Positions 1 through 9,705 of a stretch of DNA of 64,000 bases are shown here, one piece after another. Positions within the stretch are counted from its first letter, which is position 1, and each line of letters starts with the position of its first letter. The stretch lies in assembly GCA_963737155.1 (NCBI GenBank), contig CAVTRN010000002.1, forward strand, positions 2,336,001 through 2,400,000. Direction: 5' to 3'. The position numbers and the translations under genes were made by a program. Source of the stretch: Nitrospirota bacterium. GTDB taxonomy: Bacteria > Nitrospirota > UBA9217. Below the pieces are notes generated by a model. The model had not been told where the DNA came from, searched no databases, and saw only the letters and a list, made by a program, of their open reading frames with translations.

Positions 1-597
1 GTAGAAGGTTCAAACGCTGGGCAGATCTCTGGCAGGGAAACCCAGCACAGATATGACAACGCCTATGTCCAGTGTATGTATTCCTATGGGAATCAGGTGC
101 CTGGATACCGCCCTCGTGTAGCAGCGCCTCCTCAACCCATTGTCGTCGCACCTCCGCCACCCGCAATGCCTGAAGCTGATGTGCAATCTCTTGATGCACC
201 CCCACAAACCCCTGAGGTGGAGCAAGAGCCAGGACAATTTGCACCTCCGCCCGAGATTTATGTTGACGAACCACCTCAGTTTGTCTTCTCGCCTGCACTC
301 AATTTGTATGTTGCAGTCGGAATCCCTTATGACCTTGTTTATACGGGGAGTGATTACTTTTACTTTTACAGTGGACGTTGGTATCGGGGGCTCTATTACA
401 ACGGCCCGTGGTTGTTTGCTACCAGGAGATATTTCCCGCCTGTATTACTCAGGTACCAAATTGACCAAATCCGCCATTACCGTGACGTAGAGTTCAGACG
501 CTATGAGCATGATAGAGCGCACTATGATGGAAAGGTCCACCGTCCCGCATCTCATGATAAAAAACGGCAAATAACAAGTAAGGAAGAAAAGAAGTGA
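1..597 (+). CDS. Proline-rich glycine-zipper-type lipoprotein family protein, 5' end outside the window
   Basis: Frame 1 is open from base 1 (VEGSNAGQISGRETQHRYDNAYVQCMYSYGNQVPG). The QxRYDNAYxQCMYxxGNQVP motif is typical of glycine-zipper lipoproteins. It is followed by a Pro-rich linker and an aromatic-rich C-terminal domain. Confidence 0.55.
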   Translation, partial: VEGSNAGQISGRETQHRYDNAYVQCMYSYGNQVPGYRPRVAAPPQPIVVAPPPPAMPEADVQSLDAPPQTPEVEQEPGQFAPPPEIYVDEPPQFVFSPALNLYVAVGIPYDLVYTGSDYFYFYSGRWYRGLYYNGPWLFATRRYFPPVLLRYQIDQIRHYRDVEFRRYEHDRAHYDGKVHRPASHDKKRQITSKEEKK

Positions 598-713
598 TGC
601 AGCCGATTCGATAAGAACACTAAACGCAGAAACAGTTTAGACTGTCCCCGTTTTTTTTAAGTTTTCCAACTAAGATTCAGTTCCTGCCACAGACTTTATT
701 TTATAATTCTTCA

Positions 714-874
714 GCTTGAGCAGACAGCAGACGTGCGGAAGGCAACATATGAGGTGGCCGCATCAGCGCGAACACCGGGGCTTGAACATCAGCGCCAATT
801 AATTTGCTGACTGTCCTGTAGTGAGCTTCACTACATAAATCAGGCAGGCGGATGAAACCCCGCCTGTTTTTTTT
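714..874 (+). ncRNA. Candidate unannotated small structured RNA
   Basis: TATAAT at 702-707, nested stems, a perfect hairpin at 817-835 and an intrinsic terminator at 845-874. No ORF of 60 aa or more. Confidence 0.35.
845..874 (+). terminator. Rho-independent terminator
   Basis: CAGGCGG-atgaaacc-CCGCCTG followed by T8. Confidence 0.8.
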
Positions 875-1013
875 ATCTGTACAGAAGAAGCGTAAAGCTT
901 ACGAGAGCATTGAGCAGGTACGGATTATTTAATGTCTGTATTTAATTATTTAACTTACTGATTCCACAAGAAATAAGTGTAGTGGTGCAACAAAATAAGC
1001 AAGGGGGAAAACG

Positions 1014-1613
1014 ATGGATCTTCTGAACGGATAGACGCTCGTCCTTGAGAATCCACACTAGGCGGTCAACGCGGAATTCTCGGGAATCTACACAATCTGC
1101 AGGTGCATCCAGGGAATTTACGAACTTGTCAAAATTGCCTTAGGGATATCACGGAAATAGTCTTGGCAGAAAAGACACCGCAACAATCTAGCAAATTCTA
1201 CGCGGTTCTCTGTATAGGGATATGAAACCGCTAACCCGCTGGGAGTTGGATACGCTCAGCTCGATTCCCGTCTCTGCGCGCTGTTTCTCAAGCTTGATGG
1301 AGTATCTCCGATAGTGTTCTCGGTCTGGCAGAAGTTCCTCTCCATGATCAAGGCGAAAACACATCAAAAGGCGATGATCACAATCAACGAGATTGCTCAG
1401 GTAGAAAGTCTTAACAATTTCAGCAAGGCGCGAACCGATTCCTCAGCAATCCAGAAAGACGTCCATTATCCGACGAACAATTCGCTGACGTGGAACTGCA
1501 TCAAAATCTTTGGTCGTATACTCCTGGATTTAGCTGAAGAGACCGATAGAGTGATTGCGACGCGGCGGCACAAGAAGCAAGACAAAAAACATTTCGCCAA
1601 AATAATTTGCTAA
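1014..1613 (+). pseudogene. Degenerate ISNCY-type (IS5-like DDE) transposase fragment
   Basis: Across frameshifts it reads LRGSLYRDMKPLT..., YAQLDSRLCALFLKLD..., RTDSSAIQKDVHYPTNNSLTWNCIK. This resembles the DSTVVETNIHYPTNNSLVWDCIK motif of this family. Confidence 0.65.
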
Positions 1614-1681
1614 CATTTACCTTTTAAACGACAAGTCAACATCATCTACAATTCAATGACTCAATCTATATTGCACTAATT

Positions 1682-1717
1682 AAAAAAGAGGCCTTCCGTT
1701 TCCAGAAGGCCTCTTTT
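1682..1717. terminator. Bidirectional intrinsic terminator
   Basis: AAAAAA-GAGGCCTTC-cgtttcca-GAAGGCCTC-TTTT, just downstream of the 1734..3398 gene. Confidence 0.8.
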
Positions 1718-1733
1718 CAACAGAAAAGATGTA

Positions 1734-3398
1734 CTACCAGAGGGGGAAGAACAAGGGGAACATTTCCAGATTTGCTGTTCCGTCCCCGGTGCGCAGGTCA
1801 GCGATTTCAGGTATTGCAATCGCTGTGTAATTGGGTACCATAAACTCTTCAACCAACGTTGTTGACGTTGATGACCAGAGTACTGCATCAACACCATAGA
1901 TTGCTTTTGGTAGCGGATTTCCCGTCGAACCTCCCGGGAGATTCGAAATGGTATAAGAGCCGCCAGTGCTGACATCAGAGAGCGGCAAATCTCCTATCTT
2001 TGTGCTGATTGCATCTACAATCAGGCCTCGATGCACGGCAAATACGACACCGCTATTAAACTTGTTGTCCATAGCAGTTGGACTGGACATCGAAATCACG
2101 CCGTAAATATTATTTCCCGACCAGGGCGATATCACCGAAAGAGGAGTCCCGAAAGCAATAGATGGTATCGAATCTGTAATATTTGCTGTCCCAGGGAATG
2201 CGCTCGAACTATACAGTGACTGATCGGCGCCTGCGACGGCCTGGAAACCGCCAACGCCTTCAGCGGGATTTACGGCAGTAAGAGTAACCGTGCTGCTGCT
2301 GTACAGCCCCCATTGCAGTTGACCGTCAGAAAGCATAAACCCGCTGAATGCTCCGGTAAGAGGATTGAAATGCCTGAACCGGACCTCGTAAGGAACCTCG
2401 GTTGTACCGGTATCCGCTGATTGAAGGGTCTGATAGAAGTCTACCCAAGCCCCCGTAGGAGAGGTTATTGTTGCACTCGAGGCATAATCCGTGTCGGTCG
2501 TCATGGTAATGGTCGGTATGGATGTAGGGCTTGATCTAGGAGTTTTACCCTGGGTTACAGGCACACCTTTTACGATCGTCGTCTCGTATCCGATCCCTCT
2601 GACCAAAATGTCATACGTTGTGGTTGACGTCGCCGCAGAAACCGGAAATAAAATGAACTTTCCTGTGGAATCAGGTGTTGTAGAACGGCTGACTACATGA
2701 TATGTACCATCCGCGTTCAGAGTCTCGGCCTTGATTTCAAAGTGGGCAGCAGTTGAGAATGTGGCGCCGGTGCTGATTTGGCCGACGATTGCGCCAACAT
2801 GGTCAAGGTCGAAACAGGACAATCTCGGCTCCAAAATATATTCCGACCCGTTAAAATCCACGACGTCGTCACCCGCATCAATATCAATGGTAAGTTTTTG
2901 TGTCGCCCCGCTGGTTACCGCGAATGTACCGATAAGTGCGATCCCATCGTCTGGATCCGGAATCCTGAGCGAGTACGTGTTGCCACCGAGAGATACCTCA
3001 TTGAAATGGGAATGGCCTGCCGGAGAATTTGCCGCATCGGTCGAGACCAGGAACAGCCTGATTTGCTGATAGGTGCCGGCAGGAAGTTGAATGCCGCTCC
3101 ATAAATTTGAGGATACGTTCCCGTTACTCAGCGTAGTCAGATCAATGGTCATGGGAGAGTTCAGCGGAAATTTTAGCCATCCTGAATCGGTCGTGCTGGC
3201 ATTTGGGTCTGTATGGAACCAGACGTCTTTCACGGTTACCCAAACATGGTCGTAATCACCGGGAGCATCGACAAGTGATAGATTCATGGCCCCATTCGAA
3301 GAAGATGATGAGGGTGAACTGCTGCTTCCGCCACACGCCTGCAAGGTGATAATTACCGTTAGTAAAACTATTAACTGGATCACGCGCCTTAGAGTCAT
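1734..3398 (-). CDS. DUF4382-domain lipoprotein
   Basis: Lipobox LQAC, Ser-rich linker, then LSLVDAP..YDHVWVTV..IDLTTL..GTYQQIRLFL motifs of DUF4382. 554 aa, beta-rich. Confidence 0.75.
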   Translation of the reverse strand: MTLRRVIQLIVLLTVIITLQACGGSSSSPSSSSSNGAMNLSLVDAPGDYDHVWVTVKDVWFHTDPNASTTDSGWLKFPLNSPMTIDLTTLSNGNVSSNLWSGIQLPAGTYQQIRLFLVSTDAANSPAGHSHFNEVSLGGNTYSLRIPDPDDGIALIGTFAVTSGATQKLTIDIDAGDDVVDFNGSEYILEPRLSCFDLDHVGAIVGQISTGATFSTAAHFEIKAETLNADGTYHVVSRSTTPDSTGKFILFPVSAATSTTTYDILVRGIGYETTIVKGVPVTQGKTPRSSPTSIPTITMTTDTDYASSATITSPTGAWVDFYQTLQSADTGTTEVPYEVRFRHFNPLTGAFSGFMLSDGQLQWGLYSSSTVTLTAVNPAEGVGGFQAVAGADQSLYSSSAFPGTANITDSIPSIAFGTPLSVISPWSGNNIYGVISMSSPTAMDNKFNSGVVFAVHRGLIVDAISTKIGDLPLSDVSTGGSYTISNLPGGSTGNPLPKAIYGVDAVLWSSTSTTLVEEFMVPNYTAIAIPEIADLRTGDGTANLEMFPLFFPLW

Positions 3399-3614
3399 TT
3401 CTTTCTACCTCCTTATTTTATTAATTATGAAATTCTGTATCAATATACCCTTATGTTGTATGACACGGCAATTAGTAAAATGTTAAATCGAAGCAATTTA
3501 TGACAAATATTTAATGCTTATACGATATAGACTTGCAATTGCAGGGCCCTAGTTTGCCTACATCAAAAGTTATGTGATTGTAAAACGAGCATATCACAAT
3601 GGCATTATGTAATT

Positions 3615-3630
3615 TGTGATTAACGTCACA
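3615..3630. promoter_or_regulatory. CRP/FNR-family binding palindrome
   Basis: Perfect TGTGA-ttaacg-TCACA upstream of the DUF4382 gene. Confidence 0.55.
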
Positions 3631-3671
3631 AGGCGAATACTTTCTCTGTCTCCAATGAAAATCGGCTCCTC

Positions 3672-3688
3672 AGCAGGATCTGTGCCAA
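3672..3688 (-). promoter_or_regulatory. Candidate sigma-54 (-24/-12) promoter
   Basis: Minus strand TTGGCACAGATCCTGCT (GG-N10-GC), pointing toward the DUF4382 gene. Confidence 0.4.
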
Positions 3689-3985
3689 ATTTTCGGATCC
3701 GATTCATTATCTCAAACACCGCGACCCTAAGTTCCCTTCGATGATCATGTATTCGTTTCGTTGCAAAGAAGGCGGCTGTCTATTTTTGATGTTAAGGCTG
3801 CGGTCGACAAAATCGGCCGTCGACGAGGGCCGGCGATACCTCGACCTACACCTCACTCATTGCGACATATCTTCGCCGCGAGAGCCCCTTCTCTGAAAGG
3901 ATTTGGTTTTATCTGAATTATTTATATCTAATCACGGATGGGAGTAGTTGTCAATTTTTAGAAGTTACAATCGTTCACTTTGTAA

Positions 3986-5847
3986 CGGATGTTCCCCCTA
4001 ATAAAAGGCGCGTTTGAACATTTCATCATTTTGTAAAAACAGTCTATTTTCTTCTTGAAGGCAACTTCTTCTTAGTGGTTACTTTTACTCCTGTGCTGGG
4101 AAATATCTCCGGCAATCGTACTCCGGCTGCGTTCAACAATTTTCCGATCGATTCCCGCGGTTCCGGTATGCGATTATAGCGGACCGATCCATTCACACTA
4201 ACCTCCACGGCGCATAAGGTTGAAAGCTCATCGAGTCCTTCTTGCACCGTTGTGTCCAACTGCCTCCATCGCCTGGACAGCTCCTTCACAACCCGATACG
4301 CCATCATGACCACGAATACATGGCCACGCGTCCGTGTCGCGAGCCGCACATGAATGGGCCGGACCTCCAATTCCGCTGTCTTACTGGTACGGAAAGCGGA
4401 TTCTACCAAGGTTAGATCCTTATACCGATCATGAATCGTTTCTTTGCTTGCGGATTCCACCGGAAGGTCGGTCTTCAGCACATAGCAACCGTCAAACTTT
4501 TCCGCTTCCCCGAGCGCATCGGCGTTTACGGTTATCGACAGTACCCTGTCTGTTGCCGAAGCCTTCGCCCAATCGGATATCTTGAGCCGTTCCATTCGTT
4601 CACTTATTGCGCGAAGCGCAATTGCGACCTTCGCTTTGGGATGTTCCTCAAGATAGCGGTTCCGCTCGTCAACCATCTTACGGGCTGATGCGAGCTTATC
4701 CTCCCGGGATGCCTTCATTTCCTCAGCTCTCACGGGATTGCGTCTCAGTATATATCGCGTCCCCTCATCTGTCGTGACCTCCGCAAGCGCTTGATCGAAC
4801 AGGTTCATCTGAATGATATTACGCGCAAGAAGATTTTCGATCTGCGGCTTGGTAATAGCCGTGATGTAATGAAACCCGTAGGGTTCCGCATGCAGCGCTT
4901 CAATTTGACCGCTCTTGATCATCCCTCGATCGCCCACAAACGTCACATCCTTCGCCCCGAACCGCTCCGCGACCTTCTTAATCTGCGGTCCAACAGTCTT
5001 GGGATCCTGGGTATTGCCGGTAAACACCTCCACAGACAGCGGTGTACCTTCGTTATCGCATAACAACCCAATCACGATCTGCAGCTTGCCCTTCTTGCCG
5101 TCCCGGTTGTAGCCGAAAGCCGACAACTCGTTCTCCGTCCCTTCCAAATACGAACTGGTCACATCGTACAAAAACAGCCCCGGTTTCCCGTCTCCATGCA
5201 GTTTTCGAAAAAGACGATCTTCGATCGTTGCCTGACGTTCGGCAAGCCAGTCGAGATTGTCGTATAAATCGTTCTCATCGAACTTCTCCACGCTCAAAAT
5301 ATCGCACGCCGCGTGAGCCCCGGCCAATCGCACCGCTGACAGCCGCGATCCCTGATCGATGACTCTCGCAATCACCTGCCACAGCGCCAGTTTGCCTTCC
5401 CTGGTTGTTCCCATGGCCTCTACGATCCCCAATTCGCGAGCAATCGAATAAACAAGCCATACCGCGCCGAACGAAAGCCCTTGCTTTTGAGTCACAGTCA
5501 TCTTGTCGGAAAGGAGAGAGGCAAGTTGTTCTTTATGGCGCAAGGCGAGCTTGATTGCGGCAACCTCTGCATCGGAGCAGGAACTCAGATTTGCAATCGT
5601 GCGGTGCTTGACCTTGCCGTTTTCTCGATAGCACTCCCGGAGAAGATAGCGGGTGTAGGATTTGTTTCCCTGCTTCACGGTAGAGGAGTCGACGTACATA
5701 GTGGTTACTTAAATATCATAATTAAAGCAATTTGTCAATATAATTATAATTAATAAGAATATTTTAGTGGCTACATATTTAGGACAAAAAAAGGCCTAAC
5801 CTGCTGCAAGATAAATGATTTTCTGAATATCGAGGGCGGAACATCCG
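3986..5847 (-). mobile_element. Complete IS1634-family insertion sequence (1862 bp)
   Basis: TIRs CGGATGTTCC (3986) and GGAACATCCG (ending 5847), flanked by a 6-bp direct repeat TTGTAA at 3980-3985 and 5848-5853. Confidence 0.9.
4044..5699 (-). CDS. IS1634-family DDE transposase
   Basis: 551 aa. N-terminal YLLRECYRENGKVKHRTIANL, FLYDVTSSYLEG, FVGDRGM and YKDLTLVESAFR motifs. Confidence 0.92.
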   Translation of the reverse strand: MYVDSSTVKQGNKSYTRYLLRECYRENGKVKHRTIANLSSCSDAEVAAIKLALRHKEQLASLLSDKMTVTQKQGLSFGAVWLVYSIARELGIVEAMGTTREGKLALWQVIARVIDQGSRLSAVRLAGAHAACDILSVEKFDENDLYDNLDWLAERQATIEDRLFRKLHGDGKPGLFLYDVTSSYLEGTENELSAFGYNRDGKKGKLQIVIGLLCDNEGTPLSVEVFTGNTQDPKTVGPQIKKVAERFGAKDVTFVGDRGMIKSGQIEALHAEPYGFHYITAITKPQIENLLARNIIQMNLFDQALAEVTTDEGTRYILRRNPVRAEEMKASREDKLASARKMVDERNRYLEEHPKAKVAIALRAISERMERLKISDWAKASATDRVLSITVNADALGEAEKFDGCYVLKTDLPVESASKETIHDRYKDLTLVESAFRTSKTAELEVRPIHVRLATRTRGHVFVVMMAYRVVKELSRRWRQLDTTVQEGLDELSTLCAVEVSVNGSVRYNRIPEPRESIGKLLNAAGVRLPEIFPSTGVKVTTKKKLPSRRK

Positions 5848-5857
5848 TTGTAAAAAA

Positions 5858-6030
5858 GCGCAGAAAACCACAGCCGTAAGCCGTGGATGAAAGCGTACCA
5901 GCAATAGACTGGAGCTGTTTTTAATGATACAATGGTAGCATGGAAGTTAATTTAAGACAGAATATTTACCATTACGCAATAATCGCGCACTTTCCTGCGA
6001 GATGAGGTAAAAAACTTATACCAATCCTGC
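5858..6030 (+). mobile_element. IS200/IS605-family left-end remnant with decayed tnpA 5' end
   Basis: Hairpin CCACAGCCGTAAGCCGTGG followed by ATGAAAGCG, the same signature as the left end at 38281. A TAGACT-N17-TACAAT promoter and ATG 5940 follow, giving MEVNLRQ..HFPAR*GKKLI, which is weakly like TnpA HIVFPVKYRKxLL. Confidence 0.5.
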
Positions 6031-6405
6031 ATCAGTGGCTTGGACGTGGTCGCTGGTTTCCCCGCCGACGATTTTTGCTGACCAGGAGATATACATGATT
6101 ATACGAATGTTTTATAATAAAGAACCTGGCTTGCTTTATCCGTCTATGTGCTCGTTGCTGTAGTTCGGAAACAATTCAGATCAATCGCAGTCTCTATGCA
6201 ATTTTACAAATTCTCATTGTGATATTGTTTGAAATAAAACCGATTTATCAGGCCCTTTCTTCCAATGGTTACGATGACAAAAAGAGCGCTAATGATAACC
6301 AATTGTTTTATTTCAACGGGCATGCACACCACCAGCTTACTCATGAAGCAAATCGTCAGAATCTTCGCTTGAGCACGGAAACTATAAACTTTTTAGAAGA
6401 GGAAT

Positions 6406-7503
6406 TTGTCCATGACTGAACAGAGTGATCCACACGGCGGAACACGCATACTCATCATTTTAGCAGCGCTCGCAATCATCACTGGGGGTATTTATCAGGC
6501 ACAATCGGTTATGGCATGGTTTCTCGTCGTTGTCTTCCTGGCCGCCATCGGCACGCCGTCGGTCCGCTGGCTTGAGCAGAAACGCATTCCTCATGTAGTC
6601 GCGGTGTTGCTTGTGATGGCGTGTATGGCTACTATTCTCGTGATTATCGGAGGACTCGTCGTCACGTCACTTAAAAATTTTTACGCGGACCTCCCGTATT
6701 ATCAGACGCGCTTACAGATGCATCTTTCTTCACTCCAGACGTTTTTAGCAAGTAAGGGTATCCCGTTCCGGGACTCATTGTTGTTCGACCAGATCAAACC
6801 AGATGCGATTAAGAGCCTGACCGCCAGTCTGCTCAAGGGTCTGGGTTCGGCGCTGTTCGAAATCGTCTTGATTCTGCTCGCCGTAACTTTTATACTTCTT
6901 GAATCCTCTAGCTTCCCAGTCAAAATCCGCGCTATTCTTGGTGATCCTCAGCACGATTTTCACCGGTTTATGAGGTTCGTCTATGATATCAACCGCTATA
7001 TGGCCATTAAAACGGCGATTAGTCTGACAACTGGTGTTCTGATCGGGATATGGTTGTCATTCCTCGGCGTAGATTTCCCCATTCTCTGGGGTTTCCTGGC
7101 ATTTTTGCTCCACTATGTACCTAATGTCGGCGCCCTTATCGCCGCAGGTCCCGCAGTTTTTCTCGCCTTTATCCAGTTCGGGATAGGCCGTGCCTCGCTC
7201 GCGGCTATCGGATATCTGGCAGTGGATTTCATTTTCGGCAACGTGGTCGAGCCGATGCTCATGGGTCGGAGGCTTGGCCTATCCACGCTGGTTGTATTTC
7301 TCTCTCTGATTTTTTGGGGAGGCCTGCTCGGTATTATCGGTGTGGTTCTGAGCATACCTTTGACCATGACTCTGAAGTATGTGTGCGAGAATCACAAAAG
7401 TACACGGTGGATCGCGACATTGCTCGGACCTGAGATGACCCCTGCAAAAGTTCCACCGACACCGAAAAAGGGAGCCGATTCTGTAACTGAAATAAATCCA
7501 TGA
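6406..7503 (+). CDS. AI-2E family (TqsA/YhhT-like) transporter
   Basis: 365 aa multi-TM protein with LHYVPNVG, GNVVEPMLMGRRLGLS and FWGGLLGIIGVVLSIPLT motifs. Confidence 0.9.
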   Translation: MSMTEQSDPHGGTRILIILAALAIITGGIYQAQSVMAWFLVVVFLAAIGTPSVRWLEQKRIPHVVAVLLVMACMATILVIIGGLVVTSLKNFYADLPYYQTRLQMHLSSLQTFLASKGIPFRDSLLFDQIKPDAIKSLTASLLKGLGSALFEIVLILLAVTFILLESSSFPVKIRAILGDPQHDFHRFMRFVYDINRYMAIKTAISLTTGVLIGIWLSFLGVDFPILWGFLAFLLHYVPNVGALIAAGPAVFLAFIQFGIGRASLAAIGYLAVDFIFGNVVEPMLMGRRLGLSTLVVFLSLIFWGGLLGIIGVVLSIPLTMTLKYVCENHKSTRWIATLLGPEMTPAKVPPTPKKGADSVTEINP

Positions 7504-7560
7504 ATATTCGTACCAGGAACTTGCACCTTCATATATTTCGGCTCAAGACATAGTATGTGC

Positions 7561-7686
7561 GTAGAGTGAAGCCCTGGCGTAGTGGATATAGGTTTGGCCT
7601 ATCTGTTGCTGTCCCTTTCGGTTGACAGTACCTCACTAACCAACCTATACCCTATCTCCAGGACCCCCTCATCAAGTTGTAGGCTC
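7561..7686 (-). mobile_element. Group II intron 3' remnant (domain VI with branch-point A and partial domain V)
   Basis: Minus strand TTGATGAGGGGGTCCTGG...CCAGGGCTTC(A)CTCTAC: a D6 stem with a bulged A 7 nt from a terminal AC, and a long internal D6 hairpin. No RT ORF. Confidence 0.65.
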
Positions 7687-8330
7687 AGGTGATTCACTCA
7701 CATTATGTACTTGAGAGAACGGGTTTGTCCCCTTTTGACCATCTAAGCCGCCTTTCCCAAGGGATTGCCCCACGTGGCGATTTATTGTTAAGGACAGAAA
7801 GCGGCCTTCGGCCTTCTAACCGGGAATGTGATACGTAAAAGATTTTAACAAGTTTTGGATCAACATGAGAAATGATTTAATGCATGATGGAAAACTATCT
7901 GGCACCAGATTCCCAAACAAAGATTTACATACGTGTATCTCTGTGTGTTCGGATGTTTTAAATTGGATAGTTAGTATATTTTTGCGATATTTCAAATGGG
8001 AACCATTAATAAGAAGCGGTTCTCTAACGAATTGAGTATAAATTCTTATGCTATTATTAATTGATAATAAAGCAGACAGCAGCTCAGTGAGGACTATCTT
8101 GATAACGGCCGCTGCTCATCCTCGGCGTTCATGTGTATCAATTTACAACTGGCAATCTGCATCTCCTATTTAATGATTGCTGTGAAGGCTAGGTGAATAC
8201 TAGATAGACATAATTTAAAAAGATGTGTAGAATCGCCGTTGTATCATGCGGCGCATCCTTCAACCTGATTTATGTCCGCTTACGGTAGTAAACAATATCT
8301 TATCACAGACATTTAAGAGGAGGACACATT

Positions 8331-8636
8331 ATGAAGAACAGAGAGGAATATATCGATAAGTTAGCAGCACAGCTCAAGGAGTGGTCCGTCAAGATCGATG
8401 AGTTTGAGTCTAAGGCTCGTGCGGCCAAGGCTGATGTGAAAACCGGGTATGAAAATCAGATCAGGCAACTCAAGGATAAACGGGACACCGCTACGCAGAA
8501 ACTTCAAGAGCTTAAGGGTGCAAGCACCGATGCATGGGAGACTCTGAAGGCGGGCACGGAAACAGTATGGGCAGACCTTAAGAACGCCGTCACTGCAGCG
8601 AAAGAGAGGTTTAAAAAGCCAACCGGCCCGAGCTAA
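8331..8636 (+). CDS. Small coiled-coil protein (sll1863-like stress protein family)
   Basis: Strong SD (GAGGAGG). REEYIDKLAAQLKEW..ID and AWETLKAG..VW pattern. Confidence 0.7.
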   Translation: MKNREEYIDKLAAQLKEWSVKIDEFESKARAAKADVKTGYENQIRQLKDKRDTATQKLQELKGASTDAWETLKAGTETVWADLKNAVTAAKERFKKPTGPS

Positions 8637-8829
8637 CGGTGAAACTGACGCAGAGGCTGAAAGAACCTAATAGGGATCGAAGCAAGAGGCGGGAAGGCGT
8701 AGATGCCACCATTCCCTGTCGTTCCACACCGATCGCTTCACCACGTGTGAACTCGTCGATCACATGCGCTTTTCACGTTGTATCCTGCATTGATTTATAG
8801 TCAACATACTATAACGCCTGTGCAAGCTC

Positions 8830-8925
8830 GTAGGTGAAGTCGAATTTCATATAATATTAGCGAAAGTGCAGAATTCCTTTTGTATCATTGCATTTTGTGA
8901 TAAAGCTTTCAGTCAGCACTCCTTT
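8830..8925 (+). repeat. ~100-bp imperfect direct repeat, copy A
   Basis: Aligns by eye with 12401-12500 (GTGAA(A)GTCGA.TTTCAT..ATAATATTAG..GAATTC..ATTGCATTT.GTGAT.AAG). Confidence 0.75.
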
Positions 8926-9234
8926 CTTAATACGTTCGAGAATATTCACAGGATCCAGTGATAAGTCCTCCTTTCCAATGCAATGGTTCATGAAGCGACT
9001 ATAGAATAGCGTTACATTGAGCAGTGAACTAAGGGTATTTTTAGGTTATGTGCCTACTTAGTTCTTGTTTCACGGTCTTTCCCCTGCCGGACAGTGTTTG
9101 AATAATGTTGTCCTTCTAAACTAGTCCAGTTTTGACTGGCTCTATAATTCAGCAGTCTCTAAAGTTTTTTCTTTAAATTCCGATAAATAAATCATGAGTT
9201 CCATCTCCCGGCCAATTGAGAAATAGGATATTAA

Positions 9235-9607
9235 ATGTCTATAAAACATCATCAACGGTATTTCAGATCCTGTCGCTGTCATCGACAGGGATTTGTGGTA
9301 AGCTTCATGAACAAGTCGGCGCAGGATATTTACGTTAAGAAATCCGACAGTTGTGATCAAACACATTGTTATCGGATCTTGCGCGAACGGCCCCCCGCTA
9401 CGACAACCAAGAACATTCTTGTGCCGTTCAGGAAGTTTTTCGTACAGGCAGGGCCGTTCAGCTGTTCCACCATCGCGTCGGCAAGAAGCCTCACCTTGAT
9501 ATCGTCGAGGTCAGCGCTTCCTCTCTTTCAACAAGCGTGGAGAGGTCGTCGAAATCGTCGAAGTACTTCATCCACCCCAAACGAATAAAATTGCCAAGCA
9601 GCTCATA
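9235..9607 (+). pseudogene. Frameshifted PAS_4-domain fragment
   Basis: Across frames: IINGISDPVAVIDRDL / VSFMNKSAQ..HCYRILRER / HSCAVQEVFRTGRAV..IVEVSAS / NKRGEVVEIVEV. Confidence 0.6.
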
Positions 9608-9705
9608 GCTTCGGAGGAGCGTCTTCGCAGTCACATAGCGCTAAGTTCCCCTTGCTATAGTAATAATAAAATGTACTCGCGTAACAATATTATTGAGATT
9701 TAGGT

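Noticed and set aside
630-658. GACTGTCCCCG motif (also GTTTGTCCCC at ~7722) as RAYT-associated REPs
   Set aside because: Single short half-motifs, no RAYT gene and no array; too weak to call.
1314-1613. 99-aa ORF as a genuine small protein
   Set aside because: It is a fragment of the frameshifted ISNCY transposase.
6219-6419. 66-aa ORF upstream of the AI-2E gene
   Set aside because: AT-rich, weak start and no recognisable motif; probably promoter or leader DNA.
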